From Afipia sp. (GTDB lineage: Bacteria > Pseudomonadota > Alphaproteobacteria > Rhizobiales > Xanthobacteraceae): a DNA stretch of 64,000 nucleotides. Made by a program: the position numbers and the translations under genes. The stretch spans positions 186,832 to 250,831 of the forward strand of contig JAFKEQ010000002.1 of assembly GCA_017308575.1 (NCBI GenBank), written 5' to 3'. The notes under the pieces were generated by a model. It worked only from the letters and a program-made list of their open reading frames with translations. It had not been told where the DNA came from and made no database searches. How positions within the stretch are numbered: position 1 is the stretch's first letter; the number at the start of each line of letters is the position of its first letter. Of this stretch, positions 12,885-23,448 are shown piece after piece.

Positions 12885-14281
12885 GAGCGTTTCTCCTCGC
12901 GCTTGGCGGTGATTGCGCTGGTGTCCTTGACGAGATAGCCGGTGGCCGAGCGCTTCTTGTCGAGCCATGTCCGTGCGGCGTCGCGCACCTGTTCAGCGGT
13001 CACGGCGCGGATGCGGTCCGGCCAGGCCCGCACGTCATCGACGCTCATTCCAACCGTGATGGCGGCGCCATACCAGCGCGCCAGCGTGGTCTGGCTGTCC
13101 TGCGCATAGACCGACTCGGCGATCATCTGCGTTTTAATGCGTTCGAGATCTTCCGCGGGCACCGGATCGGTGGCGAGTTTCGCGATTACCTCGTCGATGG
13201 CCTTCTCGACGTCCGCGAATGCGACGCCGGGCTTGGGCGAAGCAGCGATGCCGAACTGGCTCGGATCGACCGCCGTGCCCTGATACCAGGCGCCCGCGCT
13301 GACCGCGAGCGGCTTGTTCACCACCAGCGCCTGATAGAGATACGAGTTGCTGCCCGCGCCCATCAGTTGCGCCAGCACTTCGAGCGCGGAGCCTTCGGTC
13401 TGGGCGGCGGTGACCGACGACGGAACGAGATAGTAGCGCCGCATGCTCGGCTGTTCCACGCGCGGATCGGACAGCGTGACGGTGCGCGGCCCGGCGGGCG
13501 TCGGCTCCTGCGGGCGAATGCGCTGCGCCGGGATCGACGGCTGTGGCGGAATGTGGCCATAGGCCTTTTCCACCATCGGGCGGATGCCGTCGGCGCTGAC
13601 ATCGCCTGCAATGATCAGCGTCGCGTTGTTCGGTGCGTAGAAGCGCTTGTAGAAGGCGAGCGCATCCTCGCGGTTGAGTTTCTCGATCTCCTGATGCCAG
13701 CCGATGGTCGGGCGGCCATAGGGATGATTGAGATACAGCGCGGCCATGATCTGTTCGGTCAGCCGCGCATCGGGGCTGTTGCCGACGCGCATGTTGTATT
13801 CTTCCAGCACCACGTCGCGCTCGGGCAGCACGTTTTCATCCTTGAGGATGAGGCCGGTCATGCGGTCGGCCTCGAACTCCATCATGGTCGCAAGCTGGTC
13901 GCGCGGCACGCGCTGGAAGTAGGCGGTGTAGTCGGTGGAGGTGAAGGCGTTCTCGTTGCCGCCGATCCGCGCGATGAGCTGCGAGAATTCTCCCGCCGGA
14001 TGCTTGGCGGTGCCCTTGAACATCAGGTGTTCGAGAAAATGCGCGAGGCCGGATTTCCCCGGCGTCTCGTCGGCGGAGCCGACCTTGTACCAGATCATCT
14101 GGGTGACGACGGGCGTGCGCCGGTCGGGAATGACCACGACCTGAAGGCCGTTGCCGAGGGTGAATGTCGTCGGCCGCTGCCCTGCGGCCTGCTGCGCGCT
14201 GGCGCTTTGGGCGATGAGCGGAGCGCATAGGATGCCGAGCGCCGCGGCGGCCCGGAGAACGAAGGGACGAGAGACCATCAT
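12881..14281 (-). CDS. M16 family zinc peptidase (pitrilysin-like)
   Basis: Signal peptide, inverted zinc motif HFLEHLMF (HxxEH) and the downstream Glu region ENAFT. Confidence 0.9.
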   Translation of the reverse strand: MMVSRPFVLRAAAALGILCAPLIAQSASAQQAAGQRPTTFTLGNGLQVVVIPDRRTPVVTQMIWYKVGSADETPGKSGLAHFLEHLMFKGTAKHPAGEFSQLIARIGGNENAFTSTDYTAYFQRVPRDQLATMMEFEADRMTGLILKDENVLPERDVVLEEYNMRVGNSPDARLTEQIMAALYLNHPYGRPTIGWHQEIEKLNREDALAFYKRFYAPNNATLIIAGDVSADGIRPMVEKAYGHIPPQPSIPAQRIRPQEPTPAGPRTVTLSDPRVEQPSMRRYYLVPSSVTAAQTEGSALEVLAQLMGAGSNSYLYQALVVNKPLAVSAGAWYQGTAVDPSQFGIAASPKPGVAFADVEKAIDEVIAKLATDPVPAEDLERIKTQMIAESVYAQDSQTTLARWYGAAITVGMSVDDVRAWPDRIRAVTAEQVRDAARTWLDKKRSATGYLVKDTSAITAKREEKRS

Positions 14282-14463
14282 GTTGTGCCGGACCGCGAGG
14301 TTGTCGCCGGGGAGATATCCAGTTCCGCAAGAGGCGAACTCGCGGAGCTGAAGCGATCATACCGGATCTGGCTGCACTGGGACCGGTGCGCCAGAGCTGG
14401 CCGCAACGATCGGACGAAAGGCCGCTGACGGGATGTCACGCGGGATGTTCCGGCCGCGAAGGT

Positions 14464-15195
14464 TTACTGCCAGATCTTTTCGCACTTGCCGCTGGCGCTG
14501 TCGCATTTTTCGATGGGCGCGCCGAGCTTGCCCATGCCATAGGGCTGGTTGGGCGAGGGCGTCTGATAGCCCGTCGGAGGCTGCGTCAGCTCCGTGCGCT
14601 CGGGCTCCGAGGTGAACTTTTCGGCTTCCCCTTTGCCCTCACCGAATGCGCCCGAAAACAGACCGCCGGTATAGCCGAGCTGCGATGGCAGCATCATGAT
14701 CGGTGCGGTGGAATTATTGGCGCCCGGTGTCGAATTGTCGGCCGATCCGCTTCCGCGTGGTTTCTTCTGCGCGAGTTCGCTGGGCATCAGTGGCCGGCGG
14801 GCTTCTTCCGGCGACATCACCTTCTGCTTCGAACGTTCAATCGCGGCCTTGCGCTCGGCCTCGTCCGGGTCTTTCGGCCAGTTCGGCGCAAGCTTGGTCT
14901 TGCCGGTCTGAGGCGGCGGAAGAGCGATCTTGGAGGGGACAACCAGCGGAGAGCGCTCGCGATAGTCGATCCCGGCGTCCTCGAGCTTCTTCGCGCCGAG
15001 ACCGCTCATGAAGTTGTCCATCAACCTCTGTTCGAATGACCTGTTGTCTTCGTCTTCGTCGCCATCCTGCGCGTGCAGGGGGGCCGCGCCGAACACCAGG
15101 CCGACGCCGAACAGGATCGCGGCCACGCGCAGGCCACGGGCCGCGAGACGCGGTGAAAGGAGGTAACCTGAACCGAAGCTGCCGGTCTCACGCAT
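14464..15195 (-). CDS. secreted low-complexity hypothetical protein
   Basis: 243 aa. N-terminal hydrophobic segment VAAILFGVGLVFGAAPLHAQ. Charged and Pro-rich body with a C-terminal Cys pair. No recognised domain. Confidence 0.5.
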   Translation of the reverse strand: MRETGSFGSGYLLSPRLAARGLRVAAILFGVGLVFGAAPLHAQDGDEDEDNRSFEQRLMDNFMSGLGAKKLEDAGIDYRERSPLVVPSKIALPPPQTGKTKLAPNWPKDPDEAERKAAIERSKQKVMSPEEARRPLMPSELAQKKPRGSGSADNSTPGANNSTAPIMMLPSQLGYTGGLFSGAFGEGKGEAEKFTSEPERTELTQPPTGYQTPSPNQPYGMGKLGAPIEKCDSASGKCEKIWQ

Positions 15196-15318
15196 GGCGT
15201 TATCCTGATCCCGTTCGTTTCGACCGACGGCCTAAAAGCCGTGCTTTGGGCCGCCGTGCTTCCAAACCGCATGGAACCAATACTTTAGGTCCCAAACCGA
15301 GGCCAAGCATATCCCCGG

Positions 15319-15819
15319 TTATCGGGGCCTTTTTGCGGCACCCGGGCTCACAAAGGAGTCATACAGGAGGGCGGCGACCCCAGCAACGATTGCAACGTCG
15401 GCAAGGTTAAACACGTACCAGTTGTAGGTTTTTCCGCCGATCTGGATGTGAAACAGCGCGAAATCGACCACCGCGCCATAGGCCAGCCGGTCGATCGCAT
15501 TGCCGATGGCCCCGCCGATGATGAGGCCGAGGCCGATGACCGCAAGCCGGGTGCCGGATTTCGCCATCCAGACCCCGAGCACGATGACGGCCGCAGCCTT
15601 GACGATCAGCAGCATGGTCTGGCCGAGCGGCCCGCTGTCCTGAAACCAGCCGTAGCTGATGCCGGTGTTCCAGGCGAGCACGAGGTCGAAAAACGGCGTG
15701 ATCTTCACGGTGCCGCGCGGGCCGAGCACATAGACGTTCAGCAGCCACAGCTTCGAGGCCTGATCGATAACGAGGGCCACGATGGCCGCGATGAGACCGG
15801 AGCGGAGCAGGGGGCTCAC
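15319..15819 (-). CDS. lspA: signal peptidase II
   Basis: GTG at 15819 overlaps the ileS TGA (GTGA). Motifs [10 protein letters not shown] and [11 protein letters not shown] with four TM segments. Confidence 0.9.
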   Translation of the reverse strand: MSPLLRSGLIAAIVALVIDQASKLWLLNVYVLGPRGTVKITPFFDLVLAWNTGISYGWFQDSGPLGQTMLLIVKAAAVIVLGVWMAKSGTRLAVIGLGLIIGGAIGNAIDRLAYGAVVDFALFHIQIGGKTYNWYVFNLADVAIVAGVAALLYDSFVSPGAAKRPR

Positions 15820-18818
15820 GCGCCGATCCCCAAAGCCTTCAATTCGCGCAGCGCCTGTGCGTCGCGCGGCGAGACGTCGGGATAGTCCGCGTCCTCGCCG
15901 ACGGTCGGCAGGATCTTCCACGACCGCGCGCACTTGGTGCCGGCGGCTTTTTCCACCACCACCGCGACGCCGGGAACGTCGTTCAGCCGGAACGCGTCGG
16001 CGGGCGGTACATCGCCGTCCTTAAGGACCATCACGGTGAAGCTGGAGGTGATGCAGACCTCTGCCCAGTCGACGTCGAACAGGTTCGGCATCAGGTCTTC
16101 GCTGTAATAGATCATCGGCGAAGCTTCGAGCGAGGAGCCGATGCGCTTGGCGGCGCGTTCGATCTCCAGCGCGCCGGTCACGACACGGCGCACGTCGCGG
16201 ATGGTGTCCCACTTCTTCGCCAGCGCCTCGTTGCGCCAGCCCGGCAGCACGCTCTGGAACAGTTCGAGGTGCACCGAAACGGCGGCCTCGCCATAACGCG
16301 ACAGCCAGGATTCCTCTGCGGTGAAGCTGAGGACCGGAGCGAGCCAGGTCACGATGGCGCGGAACAGATAGTCGATCACGGTCAGCGCCGACTTGCGCGC
16401 CACAGACGATGGCGGATCGCAGTACAGCGTGTCCTTGCGGATGTCGAAGTAGAACGCCGACAGTTCGGTGTTCATGAAAGCGGCCAGCGTCGCCACCACG
16501 GTCTTGTAGTCGAAATTCGCGTAGGCCTCGCGGATCACCGTATCCACTTCGGACAGCCGGTGCAGCATCAGCCGCTCAAGCTCGGGCATGTCCTCCGCCT
16601 TGATGCGGTCCTCGTCGCGGAAATGCGCGAGGCTGCCGAGCATCCAGCGGATGGTGTTGCGCAGCTTGCGGTAGGTCTCGACGGTGTTCTTGAGAATCTC
16701 GGGCCCGATGCGCTGGTCGTCGGCATAGTCGGTGGCGCAGACCCAAAGGCGCAGGATGTCCGCGCCGGAGTCCTTGATGACCTTCTGCGGATCGGTGGTG
16801 TTGCCGAGCGACTTCGACATCTTGCGGCCGTTCTCGTCCAGCGTGAAGCCGTGAGTCAGCACCACGTCATAGGGCGCGCGGCCGCGGGTGCCGCAGCTTT
16901 CCAGCAGCGAGGAGTGGAACCAGCCGCGATGCTGGTCGCTGCCTTCAAGATACATGACGGAGTCCTTGCCGCCGTCGATCTTGCGCTTGATGCCGGCAAG
17001 ACCAGGGAAGTGCACCGGATCTTCCAGCACGAAGGCGTGGGTCGAGCCGGAGTCGAACCAGACGTCCAGAATATCGTCGACCTTGGTCCAATCCTCATTG
17101 GCGCGGGAGCCGAGGAAGCGCTCGCGCGCGCCTTCGGCGTACCAAGCATCCGCGCCTTCTTTTTCGAAAGCGTCCGCGATGCGCGCGTTGATGGTCGCGT
17201 CCTGCAGGATTTCGGCGGAGCCGTCGCCTTTCTCGCGCACGAACACGGCAATCGGCACGCCCCAGGCACGCTGGCGCGAGATCACCCAGTCCGGGCGGCC
17301 CGAAATCATTCCGGTGATGCGGTTCTGGCCCTGCGCCGGGACCCAGCGGGTGACGCTGATGGCCTGCAGCGCGCGGGCGCGCAGCGTGTCGCCGGCTTTC
17401 GCCTTGCCGTCGTCCTCGATGGGTTTGTCCATCGCGATGAACCATTGCGGCGTGTTGCGGAAGATGACGGGCTTCTTCGAGCGCCAGGAATGCGGATACT
17501 GATGCTTGAGGCGACCGCGCGCGAGCAGCATGCCGCGTTCGATCAGCGCCTTGATGACCGCCTCGTTGGCGTCGCCCTTCTCGCCCTTGTCGGTGAGCAC
17601 GCGTTTTCCGGTGAAGCCCGGCGCCTGCTCGGTCAGCGCGCTGTCGGCGTCGACGGTGTAGGGGATGACCGAACTGATGCCGCGCGCTTCGAGGTCGCGC
17701 GCATTCGCCGTCCAGACATCGAAGTCTTCGCGGCCGTGGCTGGGCGCGGTGTGCACGAAGCCGGTGCCGGTGTCGTCGGTCACGTGATCGCCCGCGAGCA
17801 GCGGCACCACGAATTCATAACCGCCCTCAAGGCCCTTCAGCGGATGCGAGCATTCGATGGCGTCGAGAATGTCGGCGGAAACGTCGCCCGCCTTCTCGTA
17901 GGAGGTGACGCGCGCCTGCTTGAACACATCCTCCGCCAGCTTGTCGGCGAGGATGAGCAGGTCGCCGGTCTTTGCCCAGTTGTCGGCGGGCGCGTCGGTG
18001 ACCTTGTAAAGGCCATACGAGATTTTCGGCGAAAAGCTGATGGCGCGGTTGCCGGGCAGCGTCCATGGCGTGGTGGTCCAGATCACCACCGAGGCCTGCG
18101 CGAGGCGGCCATGCGCGGCGTTGACCGGGAATTTCACCCACACGGTGTCCGAGGTGTGGTCTTCGTATTCGACTTCGGCTTCGGCGAGCGCAGTCTTTTC
18201 GACCACGCTCCACATCACCGGCTTGGAGCCGCGATAGAGCGTGCCGTTAGCCGCGAACTTCATGATCTCGCGCGCGATCTGCGCTTCCGCCGGGAAGCTC
18301 ATCGTTGTGTAGGGGTGGTCCCAGTCGCCGATCACGCCGAGGCGCTTGAATTCCTCACGTTGCACGCCGAGCCAGTGTTCGGCATAGGCACGGCATTCCT
18401 TGCGGAAGGCCAGCATCGCCGCTGAATCTTTCAGGTTCGGCTTCTGCTTGCCCTTGGAGCGGTAGTTCTCTTCCTCGATCTTCCATTCGATCGGCAGGCC
18501 GTGGCAGTCCCAGCCCGGCACGTAGTTGGAATCGTGGCCGAGCATCTGCTGGCTCTTGGTCACCACGTCCTTGAGGATCTTGTTCAGCGCGTGGCCGATA
18601 TGAATGCTGCCGTTGGCATAGGGGGGGCCGTCATGGAGCACGAATTTCGGGCGGCTCTTGGCGCCTTCGCGCAGCCTGCCGTAGAGGCCGATCTCGTTCC
18701 AGCGCGCCAGAATCTTCGGCTCCTGCTGGGGCAGGCCCGCGCGCATCGGGAAGTCCGTCTGCGGCAGATAGATGGTTTTGGAATAGTCGGGGGCGTCGGA
18801 TTTGGGCTTTTCGGTCAT
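15816..18818 (-). CDS. ileS: isoleucine--tRNA ligase
   Basis: HIGH motif [15 protein letters not shown] and KMSKS motif [12 protein letters not shown] at 18818 (MTEKPKSD). The ORF-track extension to 18995 reads through repeat A1. Confidence 0.95.
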   Translation of the reverse strand: MTEKPKSDAPDYSKTIYLPQTDFPMRAGLPQQEPKILARWNEIGLYGRLREGAKSRPKFVLHDGPPYANGSIHIGHALNKILKDVVTKSQQMLGHDSNYVPGWDCHGLPIEWKIEEENYRSKGKQKPNLKDSAAMLAFRKECRAYAEHWLGVQREEFKRLGVIGDWDHPYTTMSFPAEAQIAREIMKFAANGTLYRGSKPVMWSVVEKTALAEAEVEYEDHTSDTVWVKFPVNAAHGRLAQASVVIWTTTPWTLPGNRAISFSPKISYGLYKVTDAPADNWAKTGDLLILADKLAEDVFKQARVTSYEKAGDVSADILDAIECSHPLKGLEGGYEFVVPLLAGDHVTDDTGTGFVHTAPSHGREDFDVWTANARDLEARGISSVIPYTVDADSALTEQAPGFTGKRVLTDKGEKGDANEAVIKALIERGMLLARGRLKHQYPHSWRSKKPVIFRNTPQWFIAMDKPIEDDGKAKAGDTLRARALQAISVTRWVPAQGQNRITGMISGRPDWVISRQRAWGVPIAVFVREKGDGSAEILQDATINARIADAFEKEGADAWYAEGARERFLGSRANEDWTKVDDILDVWFDSGSTHAFVLEDPVHFPGLAGIKRKIDGGKDSVMYLEGSDQHRGWFHSSLLESCGTRGRAPYDVVLTHGFTLDENGRKMSKSLGNTTDPQKVIKDSGADILRLWVCATDYADDQRIGPEILKNTVETYRKLRNTIRWMLGSLAHFRDEDRIKAEDMPELERLMLHRLSEVDTVIREAYANFDYKTVVATLAAFMNTELSAFYFDIRKDTLYCDPPSSVARKSALTVIDYLFRAIVTWLAPVLSFTAEESWLSRYGEAAVSVHLELFQSVLPGWRNEALAKKWDTIRDVRRVVTGALEIERAAKRIGSSLEASPMIYYSEDLMPNLFDVDWAEVCITSSFTVMVLKDGDVPPADAFRLNDVPGVAVVVEKAAGTKCARSWKILPTVGEDADYPDVSPRDAQALRELKALGIGA

Positions 18819-18911
18819 GGCGGGGTGAATAGCGCGTTTTGGCGGGGAGGGGAAACCCGGGAGGGCGGGTAAATTTGCGGGCGGAGGGCCATTTATATGT
18901 GGTCTCGCAAC

Positions 18912-19000
18912 TGTCATCACCGGGCTTGTCCCGGTGATCCCGATCGATGAAGCACGGTGCCATGCGATCGAGATGGCCGGGACAAGCCCGGCCATGGCAA
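18912..19000. repeat. family A double-hairpin repeat, copy A1 (ribF-ileS spacer)
   Basis: TGTCATCACCGGGCTTGTCCCGGTGAT ... ATGGCCGGGACAAGCCCGGCCATGGCAA. Each arm is itself a hairpin, and the two arms are mutually complementary. Confidence 0.8.
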
Positions 19001-19001
19001 T

Positions 19002-19973
19002 TCAGCTTATCTTCCCCAGCTTCGGAAACGCATCCGGCGCCGCCGCCAGCATGGCGCGGGCTTTTGCGCTGTCGTCGTTCATCTGGCGCACCAGCGCGTC
19101 GATGCCATCGAATTTCAGCTCGTCGCGGATGAAGCCGATGAAGGCGATATCGAGCCGCTGGCCGTAAAGGTCACCCTTGAAGTCGAACAGGAACACTTCC
19201 AGCAGCGGCGCGCCGTTGTCGAAGGTCGGGCGGCGGCCGAAACTGGCGACGCCGTCGATACGCTTGTCGCCAAGACCCGCCCGCACCGCATAGATGCCGT
19301 GGCGCAGCCCGCAGGCGGGATCGAGCCGGATATTGGCGGTCGGATAACCCAGGTCGCGGCCCCGTTTTTCGCCGTGAATGACTTCCCCGGAAATGAACCA
19401 GGGATAGCCGAGCAAGTCGCTGGCTTCGGCAATGTCGCCCTGACCCAGCGCATTGCGGATCGCGGTCGACGACACCGCGCGGCCGTCGGCGTCGACATGG
19501 GCCTGGATATGGACCTCGATACCGAGCTTCGGGCCTTCCACCGCGAGCAGGGTGGGTGAGCCGGTGCGGCCCTTGCCGAAATGGAAGTCGAAGCCGACGG
19601 AAATTCCGGTGACGCCGAGCCGCTCGACCAGATCGTGGTTAATGAAATCTTCCGCGCTGGTGCGGGCGCGCGCCGCATCGAAGGCCATCACCACCGCGCC
19701 GTCGAGGCCGGTGGCCGCAAGCAGGCGCAGCTTGTCGTTCAGCTCGGTCAGTTTGAACTGCGGTGTGTTGGGACTGAAGAATGTACGCGGATGCGGCTCG
19801 AAGGTCACGGCCAGCGCCGGACGGTCTTTTTTGCGGGCCATATCGACCGCAGCCGCGATCACGGCCCGGTGGCCGAGATGCACGCCGTCGAAATTGCCCA
19901 GCGCCACGACCGCGCCTTTGACGATCTCGTCGGCGGGGGTGTCGTCGCGAATGACAGTAAAACTTGTCGTCAT
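19002..19973 (-). CDS. ribF: bifunctional riboflavin kinase/FAD synthetase
   Basis: 323 aa. GNFDGVHLGH nucleotidyltransferase motif and a C-terminal riboflavin kinase domain (GYPTANI, GDLYGQ). Confidence 0.95.
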   Translation of the reverse strand: MTTSFTVIRDDTPADEIVKGAVVALGNFDGVHLGHRAVIAAAVDMARKKDRPALAVTFEPHPRTFFSPNTPQFKLTELNDKLRLLAATGLDGAVVMAFDAARARTSAEDFINHDLVERLGVTGISVGFDFHFGKGRTGSPTLLAVEGPKLGIEVHIQAHVDADGRAVSSTAIRNALGQGDIAEASDLLGYPWFISGEVIHGEKRGRDLGYPTANIRLDPACGLRHGIYAVRAGLGDKRIDGVASFGRRPTFDNGAPLLEVFLFDFKGDLYGQRLDIAFIGFIRDELKFDGIDALVRQMNDDSAKARAMLAAAPDAFPKLGKIS

Positions 19974-20190
19974 GGTTATCGGCTGAATCTGCTGGAAAAT
20001 CGGTCCGGACCGTGATCCTGCCCCGCCCCTTAAGTCAAGCCGTCACAACTTGAGATAAACCGGATGCAACCGGATTAACGGGCTGTTTAAGCGGCGGGTG
20101 CTAGGGTCCGGCGGACTGCGGAGGGCAGAAGCTTTTCGTAATGGTTTGATAACGCATGCCGGTTGCTGCGTTTGAGGGAGAAAAACAGCG

Positions 20191-20586
20191 ATGGCTATGG
20201 ACTTGTCGATGCCGGTTCTGGTTGTGGACGATTACAACACGATGATCCGCATCATCCGCAATCTTCTCAAGCAGCTCGGTTTCGAGAATATCGATGACGC
20301 CAGCGACGGCTCGGCGGCGCTCAACAAGATGCGCGGCAAGAAGTACGGCCTCGTCATTTCCGACTGGAACATGGAGCCGATGACCGGCTACGACCTGCTC
20401 AAGGAAGTGCGCAGCGATCCTAACCTCGCCACCACGCCTTTCATCATGATCACGGCTGAGTCGAAGACGGAAAACGTGATCGCCGCCAAGAAGGCCGGCG
20501 TGAACAATTACATCGTCAAGCCGTTCAACGCCGCGACCCTGAAGACCAAGATCGAAGCGGTGTTCCCGGACAACGTGCCGGCGTAA
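20191..20586 (+). CDS. cheY: CheY-type single-domain response regulator
   Basis: 131 aa that can be aligned by eye along its whole length to E. coli CheY (VVDDYNTM, ISDWNMEPMTG, ITAESK, YIVKPF). No other che or fla genes in the window. Confidence 0.9.
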   Translation: MAMDLSMPVLVVDDYNTMIRIIRNLLKQLGFENIDDASDGSAALNKMRGKKYGLVISDWNMEPMTGYDLLKEVRSDPNLATTPFIMITAESKTENVIAAKKAGVNNYIVKPFNAATLKTKIEAVFPDNVPA

Positions 20587-20614
20587 GCTGCGTTCCGACA
20601 GATTTGTGTTTTTG

Positions 20615-20648
20615 AAACGCCCGGCCTCGTGCCGGGCGTTTTGTTTTG
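20615..20648 (+). terminator. rho-independent terminator after cheY
   Basis: AAACGCCCGGC-CTCGT-GCCGGGCGTTT followed by TGTTTTG. Confidence 0.75.
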
Positions 20649-20655
20649 TCGGACT

Positions 20656-20740
20656 CGTCATTGCGAGGAGCAAAGCGACGAAGCAATCCAGCTGTTTAAA
20701 GCTGTAAAAGATGGATTGCTTCGCTTCGCTCGCAATGACG
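20656..20740. repeat. family B long-hairpin repeat, copy B1
   Basis: CGTCATTGCGAGG..CGAAGCAATCCA / TGGATTGCTTCG..CTCGCAATGACG inverted arms. Same termini at 43668..43770 and 57941..58021. Confidence 0.8.
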
Positions 20741-20752
20741 GAGGTGGGATAA

Positions 20753-21625
20753 CTACCACCTCAGATCGCGCATCAGCGCGCGCGGTGGCTTGGTTTCGCC
20801 GAACAGGCGGCGCACCGCGAATTCGTCGGCGACGTCGATGCCCTCGAAATCCACCGCATGAATGCCGCGGGTGAGAAACAGGCAGTCCAGTCCCATCATG
20901 TTCGCGCCGGTCAGGTCGGTGCGCACGGAATCGCCGATGGCAAGAACGCGGTTCAGCGGCGTGGACTTGCCGCGCTTCTGTGCGGCCAGTTCGAGCGCGC
21001 GGTCATAGATTGGCTTGTGCGGCTTGCCATAGAAGATCACCTCGCCGCCGAGGCTGCGATAGAGTTCGGCGATGGCGCCGGCGCAGGTGATCAGCCTGTG
21101 GCCGCGCTCGACGACGATGTCCGGATTGGCGCAGACGAAGGTGAGATTGCGCTTGCGCGCCTCTTCCATCATGCTGCGATAGTTTTCCTCGGTCTCGACC
21201 TCGTCGTCGTAGGGACCGGTGCAGACGATGTATTCGGCGTTTTCGAGCGTGGTGAACCTGACGTCGAGGCCGCGAAACATCGGATTGTCGCGTTCGGGGC
21301 CGATCTGCAGCAGCGGCTGGTCGAGGCGTGAGGCCACAAAGTTGCGGGTCAGGTCGCCGGACGAGACGATGGCGTCGTAGGTCTCGTCGGAAATCTCCAT
21401 CTTGCGCAACTGGCGCTGCACCGAATCCGCCGGGCGCGGCGCATTGGTGATCATGATCACCGTGCCGCCCTGTTCGCGGAACGCCTGCAGCGCCTTGCAG
21501 GCATGCGGGAAGCCGTGAATGCCGTCATGGATGACGCCCCAGACGTCGCTGAGGATCACGTCCACATGGGCGGTGAGATCGCGCAAACGGTCGGCGAAGC
21601 GCAAAGCGGCGTCAGGCAGGCTCAT
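20753..21625 (-). CDS. HAD superfamily (subfamily IIA-like) hydrolase
   Basis: 290 aa. Motif I ILSDVWGVIHDG, a TNAPR-type motif II region and a late GDSVRTD acidic motif. Confidence 0.85.
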   Translation of the reverse strand: MSLPDAALRFADRLRDLTAHVDVILSDVWGVIHDGIHGFPHACKALQAFREQGGTVIMITNAPRPADSVQRQLRKMEISDETYDAIVSSGDLTRNFVASRLDQPLLQIGPERDNPMFRGLDVRFTTLENAEYIVCTGPYDDEVETEENYRSMMEEARKRNLTFVCANPDIVVERGHRLITCAGAIAELYRSLGGEVIFYGKPHKPIYDRALELAAQKRGKSTPLNRVLAIGDSVRTDLTGANMMGLDCLFLTRGIHAVDFEGIDVADEFAVRRLFGETKPPRALMRDLRW

Positions 21626-21662
21626 GAAAATGGATCACTTTTGTGCGGAGGCTCGGCGCACT

Positions 21663-21737
21663 GCGTGATCCGGTTCTGACATTCGTGATGCGTCTTTCGC
21701 AAGCACTTTTACGAATGTCAGAACCACAGGATCACGC
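21663..21737. repeat. singleton 24-bp-stem palindrome between the EAL gene stop and the HAD gene start
   Basis: GCGTGATCCGGTTCTGACATTCGT (21663-21686) pairs with ACGAATGTCAGAACCACAGGATCACGC (21711-21737), with a 3-nt bulge. Confidence 0.7.
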
Positions 21738-21750
21738 CGGTTAAGATTTG

Positions 21751-23238
21751 CTAGTGTCCCTTCGCGTCCGCCCTTCGCTCTGCGGGTGCAGCAGATGGAG
21801 GCGAAGGGCGGACGCGGGACACTAGCGCGGCATTGCCGGTCGCGCGGATGGCCTCCGGCTCGATTTTGACGCCGACTTTGTCTTCTTTTCGGGCCGGGGC
21901 GTCAACAGCCGCAGCCGCAGAAGAGACGGGCTGTTCCATCGCTGGCGTGGCGGCGCCTTCCGGACGAAGCGGACGCGGCGGCGCGAACAGGAAGCCCTGT
22001 CCGAAGCGGACATCGTAATCCAGTAGATCGACCACGGCGCGCTCACCCTCGATCCGCTCCGCGACCAGATCGATGCCGAACCGTCCGAGCAGGTCCGACA
22101 GGTCGGCGGCGTGAATGTCAGAGGCCGAGAGCTGTTTCTGGTCGAGCAGCATTCCCGCCGGAACCTTGATGAACTTCACGCCGCGGTCGGCGAGTTCGCG
22201 CGGATCGAACCGCAGGTCGGAGACATTGTCGATGGAGAAGCCGTAGCCGAGCCGCTGTAGCGCCGCGAGATGCTCGCTTTCGATCGGGCCGAGATGGCGG
22301 AAAACACTCTGCTTGAATTCCAGCACCAGCGAAGGCGCCAGTGCGCGATTGGCTTCGAGGAAATCGAGGCATTGCCGGAACGCGGACGGATCGCTCAGTG
22401 TCGCACCGGCGATGTTGCAGAACACGCCGACATCCTTGCTGCGGACCATCAGGCGGCGCAGCACCTGCACACAGCGCAGCATCACCATGTGGTCGATCTG
22501 GCCCATCAGGCCCGCGGCTTCGGCCGCGCCGATGAAGTCGCCTGCGGCCAGCACCTGATCCTGATCGTCGCGCAGGCGCGCCACCGCCTCGTAGAAACGA
22601 ACCTTGCGCTGGGGCAGCGTCACCATCGGCTGAAGAAAGAGATCGATGCGGTTGGCTTCGACGGCGTTCTTCACCGCGACGAGCAACTGGGCGTTCGTGA
22701 TGTTCGCGGCCGGAGCGGGAGCATCGATCGGTTTTGCCGCAATGGTGGGCGTAGCAGCCGCTACGGTTTCGCTCGCCGTTAGATCAGCAGCGTATGCGGT
22801 GGGGGCCGGTGCCGCGACGATGGTGCCGGTCGCATGGGCGAGCAGGTCATCATGAGCGGCAACCGATACGGCCAGTTGCCGGACCAGCGAACCCAGCTCG
22901 CTGATTTCGGTGGCGACAGTCTGCACGCGGTCGTGGCCGGTGCTGTCGATGGCGGCGAGGCGGGCCTCGATGGCGCCCATGCGGCGGCCGAACTCGGCGA
23001 CCTGCCGCGCGAGATCGGCGGTGCCGCGGGACAGATCCGCGATCTGGCCGCCGACATCGGTGCGGTCGCGCAGGCGCATCGACACCGCATTGTAGAGGAT
23101 CAGGAAGGTGAGGGCGGCAAGGGCGACGATGGCGGATTCGGGGACGGTGAGGCCCGCCAGCGCATAGACCATCAGGCCGAGCGACGCTGCGATCAGCACC
23201 ATGCAGATGGCGATGAAAATCGTCGAAATGCGGATCAT
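21751..23238 (-). CDS. membrane-anchored EAL domain protein
   Basis: Two N-terminal TM helices, a coiled-coil region, then an EAL domain (FYEAVARLR, FCNIAG, LVAERIE, FGQGFLF). Confidence 0.85.
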   Translation of the reverse strand: MIRISTIFIAICMVLIAASLGLMVYALAGLTVPESAIVALAALTFLILYNAVSMRLRDRTDVGGQIADLSRGTADLARQVAEFGRRMGAIEARLAAIDSTGHDRVQTVATEISELGSLVRQLAVSVAAHDDLLAHATGTIVAAPAPTAYAADLTASETVAAATPTIAAKPIDAPAPAANITNAQLLVAVKNAVEANRIDLFLQPMVTLPQRKVRFYEAVARLRDDQDQVLAAGDFIGAAEAAGLMGQIDHMVMLRCVQVLRRLMVRSKDVGVFCNIAGATLSDPSAFRQCLDFLEANRALAPSLVLEFKQSVFRHLGPIESEHLAALQRLGYGFSIDNVSDLRFDPRELADRGVKFIKVPAGMLLDQKQLSASDIHAADLSDLLGRFGIDLVAERIEGERAVVDLLDYDVRFGQGFLFAPPRPLRPEGAATPAMEQPVSSAAAAVDAPARKEDKVGVKIEPEAIRATGNAALVSRVRPSPPSAAPAERRADAKGH

Positions 23239-23331
23239 GAAGCCTGCCCAGCCATAGCTGCCGGGACTCTAGCATCAAGTTTGATTCGGCGCGAAATCTA
23301 ATGTGTCAGGCGCTGAAGCAGCCACATTTCC

Positions 23332-23423
23332 GTTGTCATCACCGGGCTTGTCCCGGTGATCCCGAAAATGCGTGCACAGTGCCTCAGTCATCGGGATGGC
23401 CGGGATAAACCCGGCGATGACAA
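23332..23423. repeat. family A double-hairpin repeat, copy A2
   Basis: GTTGTCATCACCGGGCTTGTCCCGGTGAT ... ATGGCCGGGATAAACCCGGCGATGACAA. Confidence 0.8.
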
Positions 23424-23448
23424 TTTTTTCACCCGGCTGAGAGGACGA

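Noticed and set aside
16269-18425. 718-aa plus-strand ORF opposite ileS
   Set aside because: Antisense shadow of ileS with the same low-complexity Arg/Ala/Gly composition. No RBS or domain support.
18819-18995. N-terminal 59-codon extension of the ileS ORF ([14 protein letters not shown]...). A similar extension precedes proC (44618..44761).
   Set aside because: The extensions are translations of repeat copies A1 and C2. Homology to IleS and ProC begins at the internal ATGs (18818 and 44617), which are the supported starts.
20629-20874. 81-aa ORF (…HCEEQSDEAIQLF…LRFARNDGG…) and similar short ORFs across family B, A and D repeats
   Set aside because: The peptide is simply a readout of the palindromic repeat B1 and then runs antisense into the HAD gene. 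Such repeat-encoded ORFs recur wherever the element occurs and have no start or RBS support.
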